Below, piece after piece: positions 38,230-45,628 of a stretch of DNA of 64,000 bases. Where the stretch lies: the NCBI GenBank assembly GCA_045543015.1, contig JAZQLY010000031.1:1565-65564 (forward strand). Direction: 5' to 3'. Numbering within the stretch: position 1 is the first letter of the stretch; every line of letters starts with the position of its first letter. The position numbers and the translations under genes were made by a program. Below the pieces are notes generated by a model. That model saw only the letters and a list, made by a program, of their open reading frames with translations. It had not been told where the DNA came from and searched no databases. The DNA is from Eubacteriales bacterium. Its GTDB lineage: Bacteria > Bacillota > Clostridia > Oscillospirales > CAG-272.

Positions 38230-38267
38230 AAAAAAAGGAAAGAATGTATGACATTCTTTCCCTTTTT
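38230..38267. terminator. terminator after ABC transporter operon
   Basis: A7-GGAAAGAATGT-atg-ACATTCTTTCC-T6. Confidence 0.8.
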
Positions 38268-38269
38268 TA

Positions 38270-39118
38270 TCAAAGCACCGCCTTTAAGAACTGGCGGGTG
38301 CGGGGGTTTTGCGGATTTTCAAAGATCTCGGCCGGGCTACCCTGCTCAGCGATCTTGCCGCCATCCATAAACAGCACGCGATTAGCCACCTCACGCGCAA
38401 AGCCCATCTCGTGTGTGACGATGACCATGGTCATGCCCTCGTCAGCCAGCTCACGGATGAGGTCAAGCACCTCGCCAACCATTTCCGGATCAAGCGCAGA
38501 GGTCGGCTCGTCAAACAGCATGACCTTGGGATTCATAGCCAACGCACGGACAATGGCAATTCTCTGCTTCTGGCCGCCCGAAAGGGTGGAGGGGTAGACG
38601 TTTGCCTTTTCGGAAAGGCCGATGCGGGCCAGCAGGCGCAGGGCGTTCTCCTTGGCTTCTGCCACGATCTGCGCCTTGGTCGCTTGTATGGCGACCGGCT
38701 CCTGCTTCTTTTTGCGGAACAGATTGGTCAGCGGCAGAAAGAAATTGTGCCGCTTGGCACGGCGCAGATTGCGCTTGCCTACGTAGACCGGCGCCATCAT
38801 GATATTCTGCAGCACCGTCTTGTTATTAAACAGGTTAAAGGACTGGAACACCATGCCGATATTTTCACGGTGGCGATTGATATCCACGCGCATATCGGCA
38901 ATATCGACCCCGTCAAAGAAGATCGAGCCGGAGGTGGGATCCTCCATACAGTTGAGGCAACGCAGGAAGGTAGATTTACCGCTGCCGGAGGGGCCGATGA
39001 TGGCAACCTTCTCCCCCTCTAAAATGACCTCGTCTATCTCGTCAAGCACCAAAAGAGACCCATAGCGCTTGGTCAGCTTTTCCGTGCGGATCAGCACGTT
39101 ATCAGTTACGTCTCTCAC
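38270..39118 (-). CDS. amino-acid ABC transporter ATP-binding protein with ~34-aa basic insertion
   Basis: Walker [10 protein letters not shown], signature LSGGQKQR, Walker [15 protein letters not shown] start overlapping the permease gene. Confidence 0.85.
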   Translation of the reverse strand: MRDVTDNVLIRTEKLTKRYGSLLVLDEIDEVILEGEKVAIIGPSGSGKSTFLRCLNCMEDPTSGSIFFDGVDIADMRVDINRHRENIGMVFQSFNLFNNKTVLQNIMMAPVYVGKRNLRRAKRHNFFLPLTNLFRKKKQEPVAIQATKAQIVAEAKENALRLLARIGLSEKANVYPSTLSGGQKQRIAIVRALAMNPKVMLFDEPTSALDPEMVGEVLDLIRELADEGMTMVIVTHEMGFAREVANRVLFMDGGKIAEQGSPAEIFENPQNPRTRQFLKAVL

Positions 39119-39905
39119 TCTTCGCCAGTCTCCTTTCCATCAGCTTGATAAAGAAGGCAATAATTGCCACCAGCACGATATAAATGAGTGCCATGACCAG
39201 GTAGGGGATCATGTATTCATAGGAGTTTGCGCCCTGATCCTGGAAGGCCTTGGTAATATCCATGGCGCCAACGTAGCCGACAACGGCCGTTTCCTTGATC
39301 AGCGTAATGAACTCGTTACCCAGGGTAGGCAGGATATTCTTGACAGCCTGCGGCACAACGACCTTGAGCATGGAGACCGAGAAGGGCATGCCGACCGCAC
39401 GCGCCGCCTCCAGCTGGCCGGGATCGACCGAGTTGATACCGCCACGCATGATCTCGGAGATGTAGGCGCCGCTGTTGAGGCCGAAGATCAGCACGCAGGA
39501 ATTGACCTGCGACATCTGAACGCCGAGAAGGGGCAGCAGAATATAGTAGCCAAGCAGCAGCTGTACGACGATCGGCGTACCGCGGAAGAAGGCCACGTAT
39601 ACGTTGCAGACCGTTTGCGCGTAGCGAACGATCTTTTTATAGCGGGGCAGCACCTTGACCACCGCGATCAGCGTACCGATCACCAGGCCGATCGCAAGAC
39701 CAAGCACCGCAATGTAGACGGTGTTCTGCAGGCCGGTCAGCACCTTGCGGTAGCCGTTGTTGACGATGAAATAATCCCAAAAGATGCCCCACTTCTTCTC
39801 AAAGCGGAAGCGGGTATACACACTGGCGCACAGCCATACGAGAATAGCAACCACGCCGAGGACGGTCAGTATATCCATCCAGTGCTTTTTCAAAAATTTG
39901 ATCAT
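39102..39905 (-). CDS. amino-acid ABC transporter permease
   Basis: His/Glu/Gln/Arg-type permease with EAA-like loop EAARAVGM. Confidence 0.85.
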   Translation of the reverse strand: MIKFLKKHWMDILTVLGVVAILVWLCASVYTRFRFEKKWGIFWDYFIVNNGYRKVLTGLQNTVYIAVLGLAIGLVIGTLIAVVKVLPRYKKIVRYAQTVCNVYVAFFRGTPIVVQLLLGYYILLPLLGVQMSQVNSCVLIFGLNSGAYISEIMRGGINSVDPGQLEAARAVGMPFSVSMLKVVVPQAVKNILPTLGNEFITLIKETAVVGYVGAMDITKAFQDQGANSYEYMIPYLVMALIYIVLVAIIAFFIKLMERRLAKSERRN

Positions 39906-39980
39906 AACCTTATTCCTTTGCAGATAACACAAAGCAAAACAGGGGGAGAAGCCCCTGTTTTGCTACTATCTTTATAGAGA

Positions 39981-40904
39981 TCAGTTTGCCTCGTTTACGC
40001 GGGCGGCGATCGCCTTGGCAGGTCCCTCGTCAATGATCACGAAGTTGATGTTGCCGTTCAGCATATCCTGCACAGCCAGCGCGCCGTTGGAGTAGCCAAC
40101 GGTGGTAAAGCCGTAGCCGTCAAAGCCCCAGTCAGCATCACCCTCGCAGTACATCGAGCCGGTGGTACCGTTCTGTACGCCAACCTTGATATCCTTACCC
40201 ATTGCCTTCAGCACAGCCTCTACGTCTGCCTTGGTCTTGCAATCGGCAAAGGTGGTGTCACCCTCCTTGGCAATGATCATCTGTGCTGCATTGTAGTAGG
40301 TGGTGGAGAAGTCCAGAATTGCCTCACGGTCGGGCTTAACGGTCAGACCGGCAGCAGCGATGTCGCAAACGCCGCCGTCTACGGTAACGGTCTCACCATT
40401 CTCGTTCTCATACTCGCCGCCCAGCGCGGAAACTGCCAGACAAACGGCATCAAACTCCATGTTGCTGATGTAGAGCTCCTTGTTCAGGTACTCGGCAAAC
40501 AGAGCCATGATCTCCATATCTACGCCGTAGTACTGGTCACCCTTCATGTACTCAAAGGGCTCAAAGGCGGCGTTGGTAGCAACGATCAGCTGCGAGCCGT
40601 CCGTCTTCATCGTAGCGGCAGACTGTACAGCAGTGGGCGTACCGTCACCAAAGTACTTGTTGATGATCTCATCAAACTTGCCGTTGGAGTTGATCTCTGC
40701 CATGAATGCGTTAAGGGAAGCCAGCAGCTCACTGTCACCCTTCTGCACGGCAAAGGCATACTCTTCTTCGGTCAGCGGAATGTCGATGGCCTTTACAACG
40801 GGCGCATCGTCATCGGTGGTCTCGCCGCCACCGCAAGAGGCGAAGGCTGCAACGGTGGTCAGCAGCATTGCTGCCATCAGAACCAGGGAAAGGATCTTTT
40901 TCAT
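39981..40904 (-). CDS. amino-acid ABC transporter substrate-binding lipoprotein
   Basis: Lipobox FASC; family-3 SBP-like sequence; RBS AAGGAGAA. Confidence 0.85.
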   Translation of the reverse strand: MKKILSLVLMAAMLLTTVAAFASCGGGETTDDDAPVVKAIDIPLTEEEYAFAVQKGDSELLASLNAFMAEINSNGKFDEIINKYFGDGTPTAVQSAATMKTDGSQLIVATNAAFEPFEYMKGDQYYGVDMEIMALFAEYLNKELYISNMEFDAVCLAVSALGGEYENENGETVTVDGGVCDIAAAGLTVKPDREAILDFSTTYYNAAQMIIAKEGDTTFADCKTKADVEAVLKAMGKDIKVGVQNGTTGSMYCEGDADWGFDGYGFTTVGYSNGALAVQDMLNGNINFVIIDEGPAKAIAARVNEAN

Positions 40905-40960
40905 GATAATTCTCCTTAAAAATATTTCGGGCGTTTCTTGCCCTTTTGTTGGATGCGTCT

Positions 40961-40989
40961 ATTATAACGCATAAATATTCATATGTCAA
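40961..40989 (-). promoter_or_regulatory. consensus sigma-A promoter of the ABC operon
   Basis: TTGACA - 17 nt - TATAAT exact consensus on minus strand inside an AT-rich 270-nt intergenic region. Confidence 0.65.
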
Positions 40990-41133
40990 GCCCTTTTGTA
41001 AAAGTTTTTTCATTTTCTTTGATTATTTCAATAATTTTTATTCATGGGCAAATGTTTTTTTGAGTTTTTCACCGACACGTCGACAAAATGCGGATATTTA
41101 TTCTTTTCTTTGAATATTTTTTCATTCCGTGCA

Positions 41134-41161
41134 TAAAAAAAGACCGCCACGCGGTCTTTTT
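41134..41161. terminator. terminator after queT
   Basis: A8-GACCGC-cac-GCGGTC-T5. Confidence 0.7.
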
Positions 41162-41178
41162 CCCTGTTTGTCTTGCAT

Positions 41179-41682
41179 TTAATACAAAAGATGCTTTTTA
41201 TACCGCTGCACCAGCTGGAAAAAGAGCTGGCCAAGGCCGATGCAGGTCAGGCTCTCACCGCCGATGACCATGGCGAGAATGAGCCAATAGACCTCCTGGC
41301 TGCCGTACACGTACATCAGGATAGGCGGCATGACAATGGCGGTCATCACGATGGGGGGGATAGAAGCGAGAAAGCGCGCAATGCGGAATTTACCAAGATA
41401 GCGGCCGATGAGCCAGGTAAGTAGGGCAGCCACCAGCGCGCCAAGCGAGCCAAAGATCGCATCCCACAGGCTGCCGAGCAGGAAGTACCCGATCAGGTAG
41501 CCAACGAACAGGCCGGGGATGGCAGCAGGCGTAAAAAATGGCAGGATCATCATTGCCTCACCGATGCGGAATTGGAAGATGCCCTGCGAGAAAAGCGCAC
41601 ATGCATAGGTCAGCATGGCATAGATCGCGGCGATCATAGCGGCCTGTGTAATAAAACGCGTCTTTTTCCCTGCCTTACGCAT
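41179..41682 (-). CDS. queT: QueT-like queuosine-precursor transporter (ECF S-component-like)
   Basis: 167 aa, 5-6 TM, FQFRIGEAMMILPFFTPAAIPGLFVG pattern; RBS GGGAGG. Confidence 0.6.
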   Translation of the reverse strand: MRKAGKKTRFITQAAMIAAIYAMLTYACALFSQGIFQFRIGEAMMILPFFTPAAIPGLFVGYLIGYFLLGSLWDAIFGSLGALVAALLTWLIGRYLGKFRIARFLASIPPIVMTAIVMPPILMYVYGSQEVYWLILAMVIGGESLTCIGLGQLFFQLVQRYKKHLLY

Positions 41683-41708
41683 AGCAAGCCTCCCTTCTCT
41701 TTTTTAAT

Positions 41709-41737
41709 AGTATAGCACACTTTTGAAAAAAATGCAA
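41709..41737 (-). promoter_or_regulatory. queT promoter
   Basis: TTGCAT - 17 nt - TGcTATACT on minus strand. Confidence 0.45.
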
Positions 41738-41774
41738 GAGTAGATACAGTAATGCAAAAAAATAGCCGTCTCTC

Positions 41775-41803
41775 TTGACAAAAGCAAAAAAACGTGCTAT
41801 AAT
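41775..41803 (+). promoter_or_regulatory. promoter of the T-box leader
   Basis: TTGACA - 17 nt - TGcTATAAT. Confidence 0.65.
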
Positions 41804-41809
41804 ACAGAA

Positions 41810-42037
41810 AAAGCGTTGACGGAAAGAGTACCCGCACAGAAACCGGACAGAGAGAGGATGGCGCTGAGAATTCCTCACGGCAGCGGCGGCGAAAACCACT
41901 CCCGAGCTGCGCGCGATAAGCGTTGCCGTCCTCCCGCGTTAAGGGATATGGCTGACTGGCCTGAGTGAAAGACAAGGTGGAACCGTGCTATGCACCCTTG
42001 GCAACTTTGGTTGCTATGGGTGTTTTTTGTTTTTATA
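41810..42037 (+). promoter_or_regulatory. T-box leader, threonine specifier (ACC)
   Basis: Stem I elements GUUGACGGAAAGAGUA, AGAGAG, specifier loop CGAAA-ACC-A-CUCCCGAGC (ACC at 41895-41897); T-box AAGGUGGAACCGUG (41974-41987); terminator 41993-42022 + U6. Confidence 0.85.
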
Positions 42038-42045
42038 AGATTTGA

Positions 42046-42232
42046 AACGCATCTGCAAGCAATGAAGCATTCGCTTCGCGAATATGAAGCACAAGCCCGT
42101 GGCTTGTATGCAGCGGCGGCATTGTCGCCATGAAGCGCAGCGCGCGTCCTCATGTGGCGAAGCCACGCTTCATAGCGAAGCGACTTCATAGGGCACAGCC
42201 CTGCTTCATGCGCTGCAGCGCGCTGCATTGAA
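42046..42232. repeat. array of GAAGC/GCTTC hairpin motifs and nested dyads
   Basis: ATGAAGC x3 (42062, 42084, 42130), CGAAGC x2 (42158, 42176), GCTTCG x1 (42073), [GA]CTTCAT x3 (42167, 42183, 42203); 12-nt palindrome GCGCTGCAGCGC (42210-42221). Confidence 0.6.
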
Positions 42233-42262
42233 AAAAGCACGCCCTTGCGTGCGTGCTTTTTT
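42231..42262. terminator. bidirectional intrinsic terminator downstream of tRNA-Gln
   Basis: A6-GCACGC-loop-GCGTGC-T6, functional geometry on both strands. Confidence 0.8.
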
Positions 42263-42263
42263 C

Positions 42264-42340
42264 TGGCTGGGGTGACTGGATTCGAACCAGCGAGTGCAGG
42301 AGTCAAAGTCCTGTGCCTTAACCAATTTGGCGACACCCCA
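42264..42340 (-). tRNA. tRNA-Gln (anticodon UUG), CCA encoded
   Basis: UGGGGUGUCGCCAAAUUGGUUAAGGCACAGGACUUUGACUCCUGCACUCGCUGGUUCGAAUCCAGUCACCCCAGCCA; cloverleaf with U1-A72, anticodon loop CUUUGAC, closely resembles E. coli tRNA-Gln. Confidence 0.92.
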
Positions 42341-42351
42341 ATAACTGCTTT

Positions 42352-42380
42352 ATTATAGCACATCTTTTCGCAAATGTCAA
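42352..42380 (-). promoter_or_regulatory. consensus promoter of tRNA-Gln
   Basis: TTGACA - 17 nt - TGcTATAAT on minus strand, 11 nt upstream of the mature tRNA 5' end. Confidence 0.65.
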
Positions 42381-42419
42381 CATTTTCTTTTCGGTAATTT
42401 TTTAAGTGAGGTTATAGAT

Positions 42420-44198
42420 ATGGAAAATCAAGTAAACCCCGTAGAAATGGCGAGGCACTCGCTCTCGCACATTCTGGCCAAGGCTGTTTGCGAGCTGTAC
42501 GATGACGTTAAGCTGGCCATTGGCCCGGCCATCGAGCATGGCTTTTATTATGACTTTGACCTGCCGAAGTCGATCACCGCAGACGATTTTGATGCCATTA
42601 CCGCCAAGATGCAGGATATCCTCAAGCGCGGCGAGGACTTTGTTTGCCGCGAGGTGAGCGTGGAGGAGGCCAAGGCCATCTTTGCCGATCAGCCCTATAA
42701 GCTGGAGCTGATCGAGGGTCTTGCCGATGAAAAGATCACCCTGTACTACACGGGGGAGGACTTTGTTGACCTCTGCCGTGGCCCTCACGTGCAGAACGCC
42801 CGTGAGCTGCGCAGCTGGGCCTTTAAGATCTACTCGGCCACCGGTGCCTACTGGCGCGGTGACTCTACCCGCCCCATGCTGCAGCGTGTTTACGTTTACG
42901 CCTTCCCGAACAAGCAGGAGCTGAAGGCGCACGTGACCGCCGTCGAGGAGGCGAAAAAGCGCGACCACAACAAGCTGGGCCGCGAGCTGGAGTATTTTAC
43001 CACCGTTGAGAGCATTGGCCAGGGGCTGCCCATCCTTCTGCCGAAGGGCGCCAAGGTCATTCAGACCCTGCAGCGCTTCGTAGAGGACGAGGAGGCGCGC
43101 CGTGGCTACACGCTGACCATGACCCCCTTGATGGCCAAGAGAGAGCTGTACAAGATCTCCGGCCACTGGGATCATTATCTGGACGGCATGTTCATTTTGG
43201 GCGACCCGCATGACGAGACCAAGGAATGCTTTGCTCTGCGCCCGATGACCTGCCCCTTCCAGTACCAGGTATATCTGAACCGCCCGCGCTCTTATCGTGA
43301 GCTGCCTATGCGCTTTGGCGAGACCTCTACCCTCTTCCGCAATGAGGATTCGGGCGAGATGCACGGTCTGATCCGCGTGCGCCAGTTCACCATTTCAGAG
43401 GGGCATCTTGTCCTGCGCCCCGATCAGCTGGAGGAGGAGTTCCGCGGCTGCGTGGATCTGGCCATGTACATGCTGGATGCCGTTGGCCTGCGTGAGGACT
43501 GTACCTTCCGTTTCTCGCAGTGGGATCCTGCCCGTACTGACAAGTACGAGGGAACGGCCGAGCAGTGGGATGAGGCACAGCGCATTATGGGCGAGATCCT
43601 TGACCATATCGGCATCAACTATGAGATCGGCATTGACGAGGCTGCCTTCTACGGTCCGAAGCTGGATATCCAGTGCAAGAACGTGTTCGGCAAGGAGGAT
43701 ACCATCATCACCATCCAGATCGATATGCTGCTGGCCGAAAAGTTTGGCATGGAGTATACCGACCGTGAGGGTAAGAAGGTTCGCCCCTATATCATCCACC
43801 GTACCTCGCTTGGCTGCTACCAGAGAACGCTGGCACTGCTGATCGAGAAATACGCCGGCGCACTTCCCTTCTGGATCAGCGCTATCCAGGTTGGCGTTGT
43901 TCCCGTTCGCCCGGAGCATAACGAGTATGCAGCCCGCGTGACCGCTGCGCTGCAGGCAGCCGGCATCCGTACCGAGGTAGACTACGAGGACGAGATGATG
44001 GGTACCAAGGTGAAGAAGTATCGCCAGGATAAGGTCCCCTACACCGTGATCGTTGGTGACAAGGAGATGGCAGAGGGTACCGTTTCGCTGAAGATCCGCG
44101 GTGGCGCCGGTGCCAATGATATCCCGCTTGACACCTTTGTAGAGGCATGCCGCGAGATGGTGAAGACCAACGCGCTGACCTTGAAAACGGAGTTTTAA
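42420..44198 (+). CDS. thrS: threonine--tRNA ligase, lacking the N-terminal TGS domain
   Basis: 592 aa; starts at the editing-domain HSLSHIL motif; class II motifs and anticodon-binding domain present; RBS GTGAGGT. Confidence 0.95.
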   Translation: MENQVNPVEMARHSLSHILAKAVCELYDDVKLAIGPAIEHGFYYDFDLPKSITADDFDAITAKMQDILKRGEDFVCREVSVEEAKAIFADQPYKLELIEGLADEKITLYYTGEDFVDLCRGPHVQNARELRSWAFKIYSATGAYWRGDSTRPMLQRVYVYAFPNKQELKAHVTAVEEAKKRDHNKLGRELEYFTTVESIGQGLPILLPKGAKVIQTLQRFVEDEEARRGYTLTMTPLMAKRELYKISGHWDHYLDGMFILGDPHDETKECFALRPMTCPFQYQVYLNRPRSYRELPMRFGETSTLFRNEDSGEMHGLIRVRQFTISEGHLVLRPDQLEEEFRGCVDLAMYMLDAVGLREDCTFRFSQWDPARTDKYEGTAEQWDEAQRIMGEILDHIGINYEIGIDEAAFYGPKLDIQCKNVFGKEDTIITIQIDMLLAEKFGMEYTDREGKKVRPYIIHRTSLGCYQRTLALLIEKYAGALPFWISAIQVGVVPVRPEHNEYAARVTAALQAAGIRTEVDYEDEMMGTKVKKYRQDKVPYTVIVGDKEMAEGTVSLKIRGGAGANDIPLDTFVEACREMVKTNALTLKTEF

Positions 44199-44204
44199 GA
44201 ATTG

Positions 44205-44237
44205 AAAAAGGCGGTGGCCCAGGCCACCGCCTTTTTT
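44205..44237 (+). terminator. thrS terminator
   Basis: GGCGGTGGCC-ca-GGCCACCGCC + T6. Confidence 0.9.
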
Positions 44238-44331
44238 CGCAAGATCGTGATAGTTTTTGCAAAATCTTATCATTGACTTTTTCCTTTCTTGGCATTATAA
44301 TGATAGTAACAAATCCTTCAGGAGACACACT

Positions 44332-45615
44332 ATGGAGCTTTTGGCAAACGATTTTCAAACCATCTATTCTTCCCCGAATCCCGAAACGGTCTACGCCTGC
44401 ACGCCCGCCATCTGCGTTTTGGAGAGCGGCCGCTATATTTTCACCAATGACCTGATCGGGCCGGATGCGCCCGCGCAGCCGCAGTTTGACAACATGCAGC
44501 TTGCCCCGCACGGCGGCAAGCCGCGCTGCGGGCAGATCTACACCTCGGATGACAAGGGAAAGACCTGGCAATACCGCTGCGCCCGCCCCTTCTTCCACGC
44601 CCGCCCCTTTGCTGCAGGCGGCCACGTTTATATCATCGGGCACTGCGATGACCTGGTGATCTACCGCTCGGATGACGATGGTGAGACATGGGACGAGGGG
44701 CATTTTCTGACCGAGGGCGAGCTTTGGCACCAATCCGCCTGCAACGTGTGGATCGAGGACGGCTATATCACGCTGGTCATGGAGACACGCTGGTTTGCCG
44801 AGGGAGAGATCCACTCCGGCTGGCCGGTGGCGGACATGGCACCGGTCGTCATGCGTGCCAAGACAGATGCCGATCTGACGCAGCGCGAGAGCTGGACGTT
44901 TTCCAACCGTTTGCGCTTCCGCGATATCGTTAACGAGGATGCGCTGGACATGCACGGCATTCCCTTCTACCATAGCAAAAAGCACGCAAAGGACTTCCCT
45001 GCCGGCACGTTTTTGACCGAGATGCCCGGCTGGCTGGAGACCAATATCGTGCGCATCACCGACCCTGCACACTATTGGTATGACGAAAGCGGCAAGACCT
45101 TCCACCTTTTTATGCGTGCGCACACCGCGGGCAGCGGCTATTGCTGCATGATGAAGGCGGTGATCACCGAGGAGGACGGGCGTGAGGTCATTACCGTGCA
45201 GCCTGAATACAACCCCTCCGGGCGCAAGGTCATCTATCTGCCAATGCCGGGCGGGCAGATGCGCTTTCACATCCTGTGGGATGAGGAGACCAAGCTGTAC
45301 TGGCTGCTTTCCACCCAGGCGACCGATACCATGCGCCGCCGTGAGCTGCTCTCTGCCGAGCGGTACAACATCCCCTGTGACGAGCGCGACCGCATGCAGC
45401 TCTCCTTCTCGCGTAACATGGTGGACTGGTGCTTTGCCGGCATCGTTGCCAAGGGGGATAGCGAAAAGCAATCTCGCCACTACGCCTGCATGGCGATAGA
45501 CGGGGAGGATCTTATCATCGTCAGCCGCTCGGGTGATCAGAACACCCTTTCTGCCCATAACACCAACCTCTCCACCTTCCACCGTGTGAAGAATTTCCGC
45601 AAGCTTATCTATTAA
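44332..45615 (+). CDS. BNR/Asp-box repeat beta-propeller protein (sialidase-like fold), cytoplasmic
   Basis: Asp-boxes SDDKGKTW and SDDDGETW; no signal peptide; ATG 44332 with RBS AGGAGA and promoter TTGACT-17-TATAAT. Confidence 0.65.
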   Translation: MELLANDFQTIYSSPNPETVYACTPAICVLESGRYIFTNDLIGPDAPAQPQFDNMQLAPHGGKPRCGQIYTSDDKGKTWQYRCARPFFHARPFAAGGHVYIIGHCDDLVIYRSDDDGETWDEGHFLTEGELWHQSACNVWIEDGYITLVMETRWFAEGEIHSGWPVADMAPVVMRAKTDADLTQRESWTFSNRLRFRDIVNEDALDMHGIPFYHSKKHAKDFPAGTFLTEMPGWLETNIVRITDPAHYWYDESGKTFHLFMRAHTAGSGYCCMMKAVITEEDGREVITVQPEYNPSGRKVIYLPMPGGQMRFHILWDEETKLYWLLSTQATDTMRRRELLSAERYNIPCDERDRMQLSFSRNMVDWCFAGIVAKGDSEKQSRHYACMAIDGEDLIIVSRSGDQNTLSAHNTNLSTFHRVKNFRKLIY

Positions 45616-45628
45616 AGGAGAAATTGCT

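Noticed and set aside
41028-41234. 68-aa ORF in the AT-rich intergenic region upstream of the ABC operon.
   Set aside because: It overlaps the queT terminator and the queT 3' end, has no RBS, and shows the odd composition typical of AT-rich non-coding DNA.
41683-41774. Searched for a preQ1 riboswitch upstream of queT.
   Set aside because: The predicted 5' UTR is only ~25 nt. It has an A-rich tract (AUUAAAAAAGAG) but no convincing P1 stem or conserved loop, so no riboswitch was called. This also lowers confidence in the queT label.
41875-42363. 162-aa minus-strand ORF.
   Set aside because: It runs through the T-box leader, the hairpin-motif array and the tRNA-Gln gene itself, so it is not coding.
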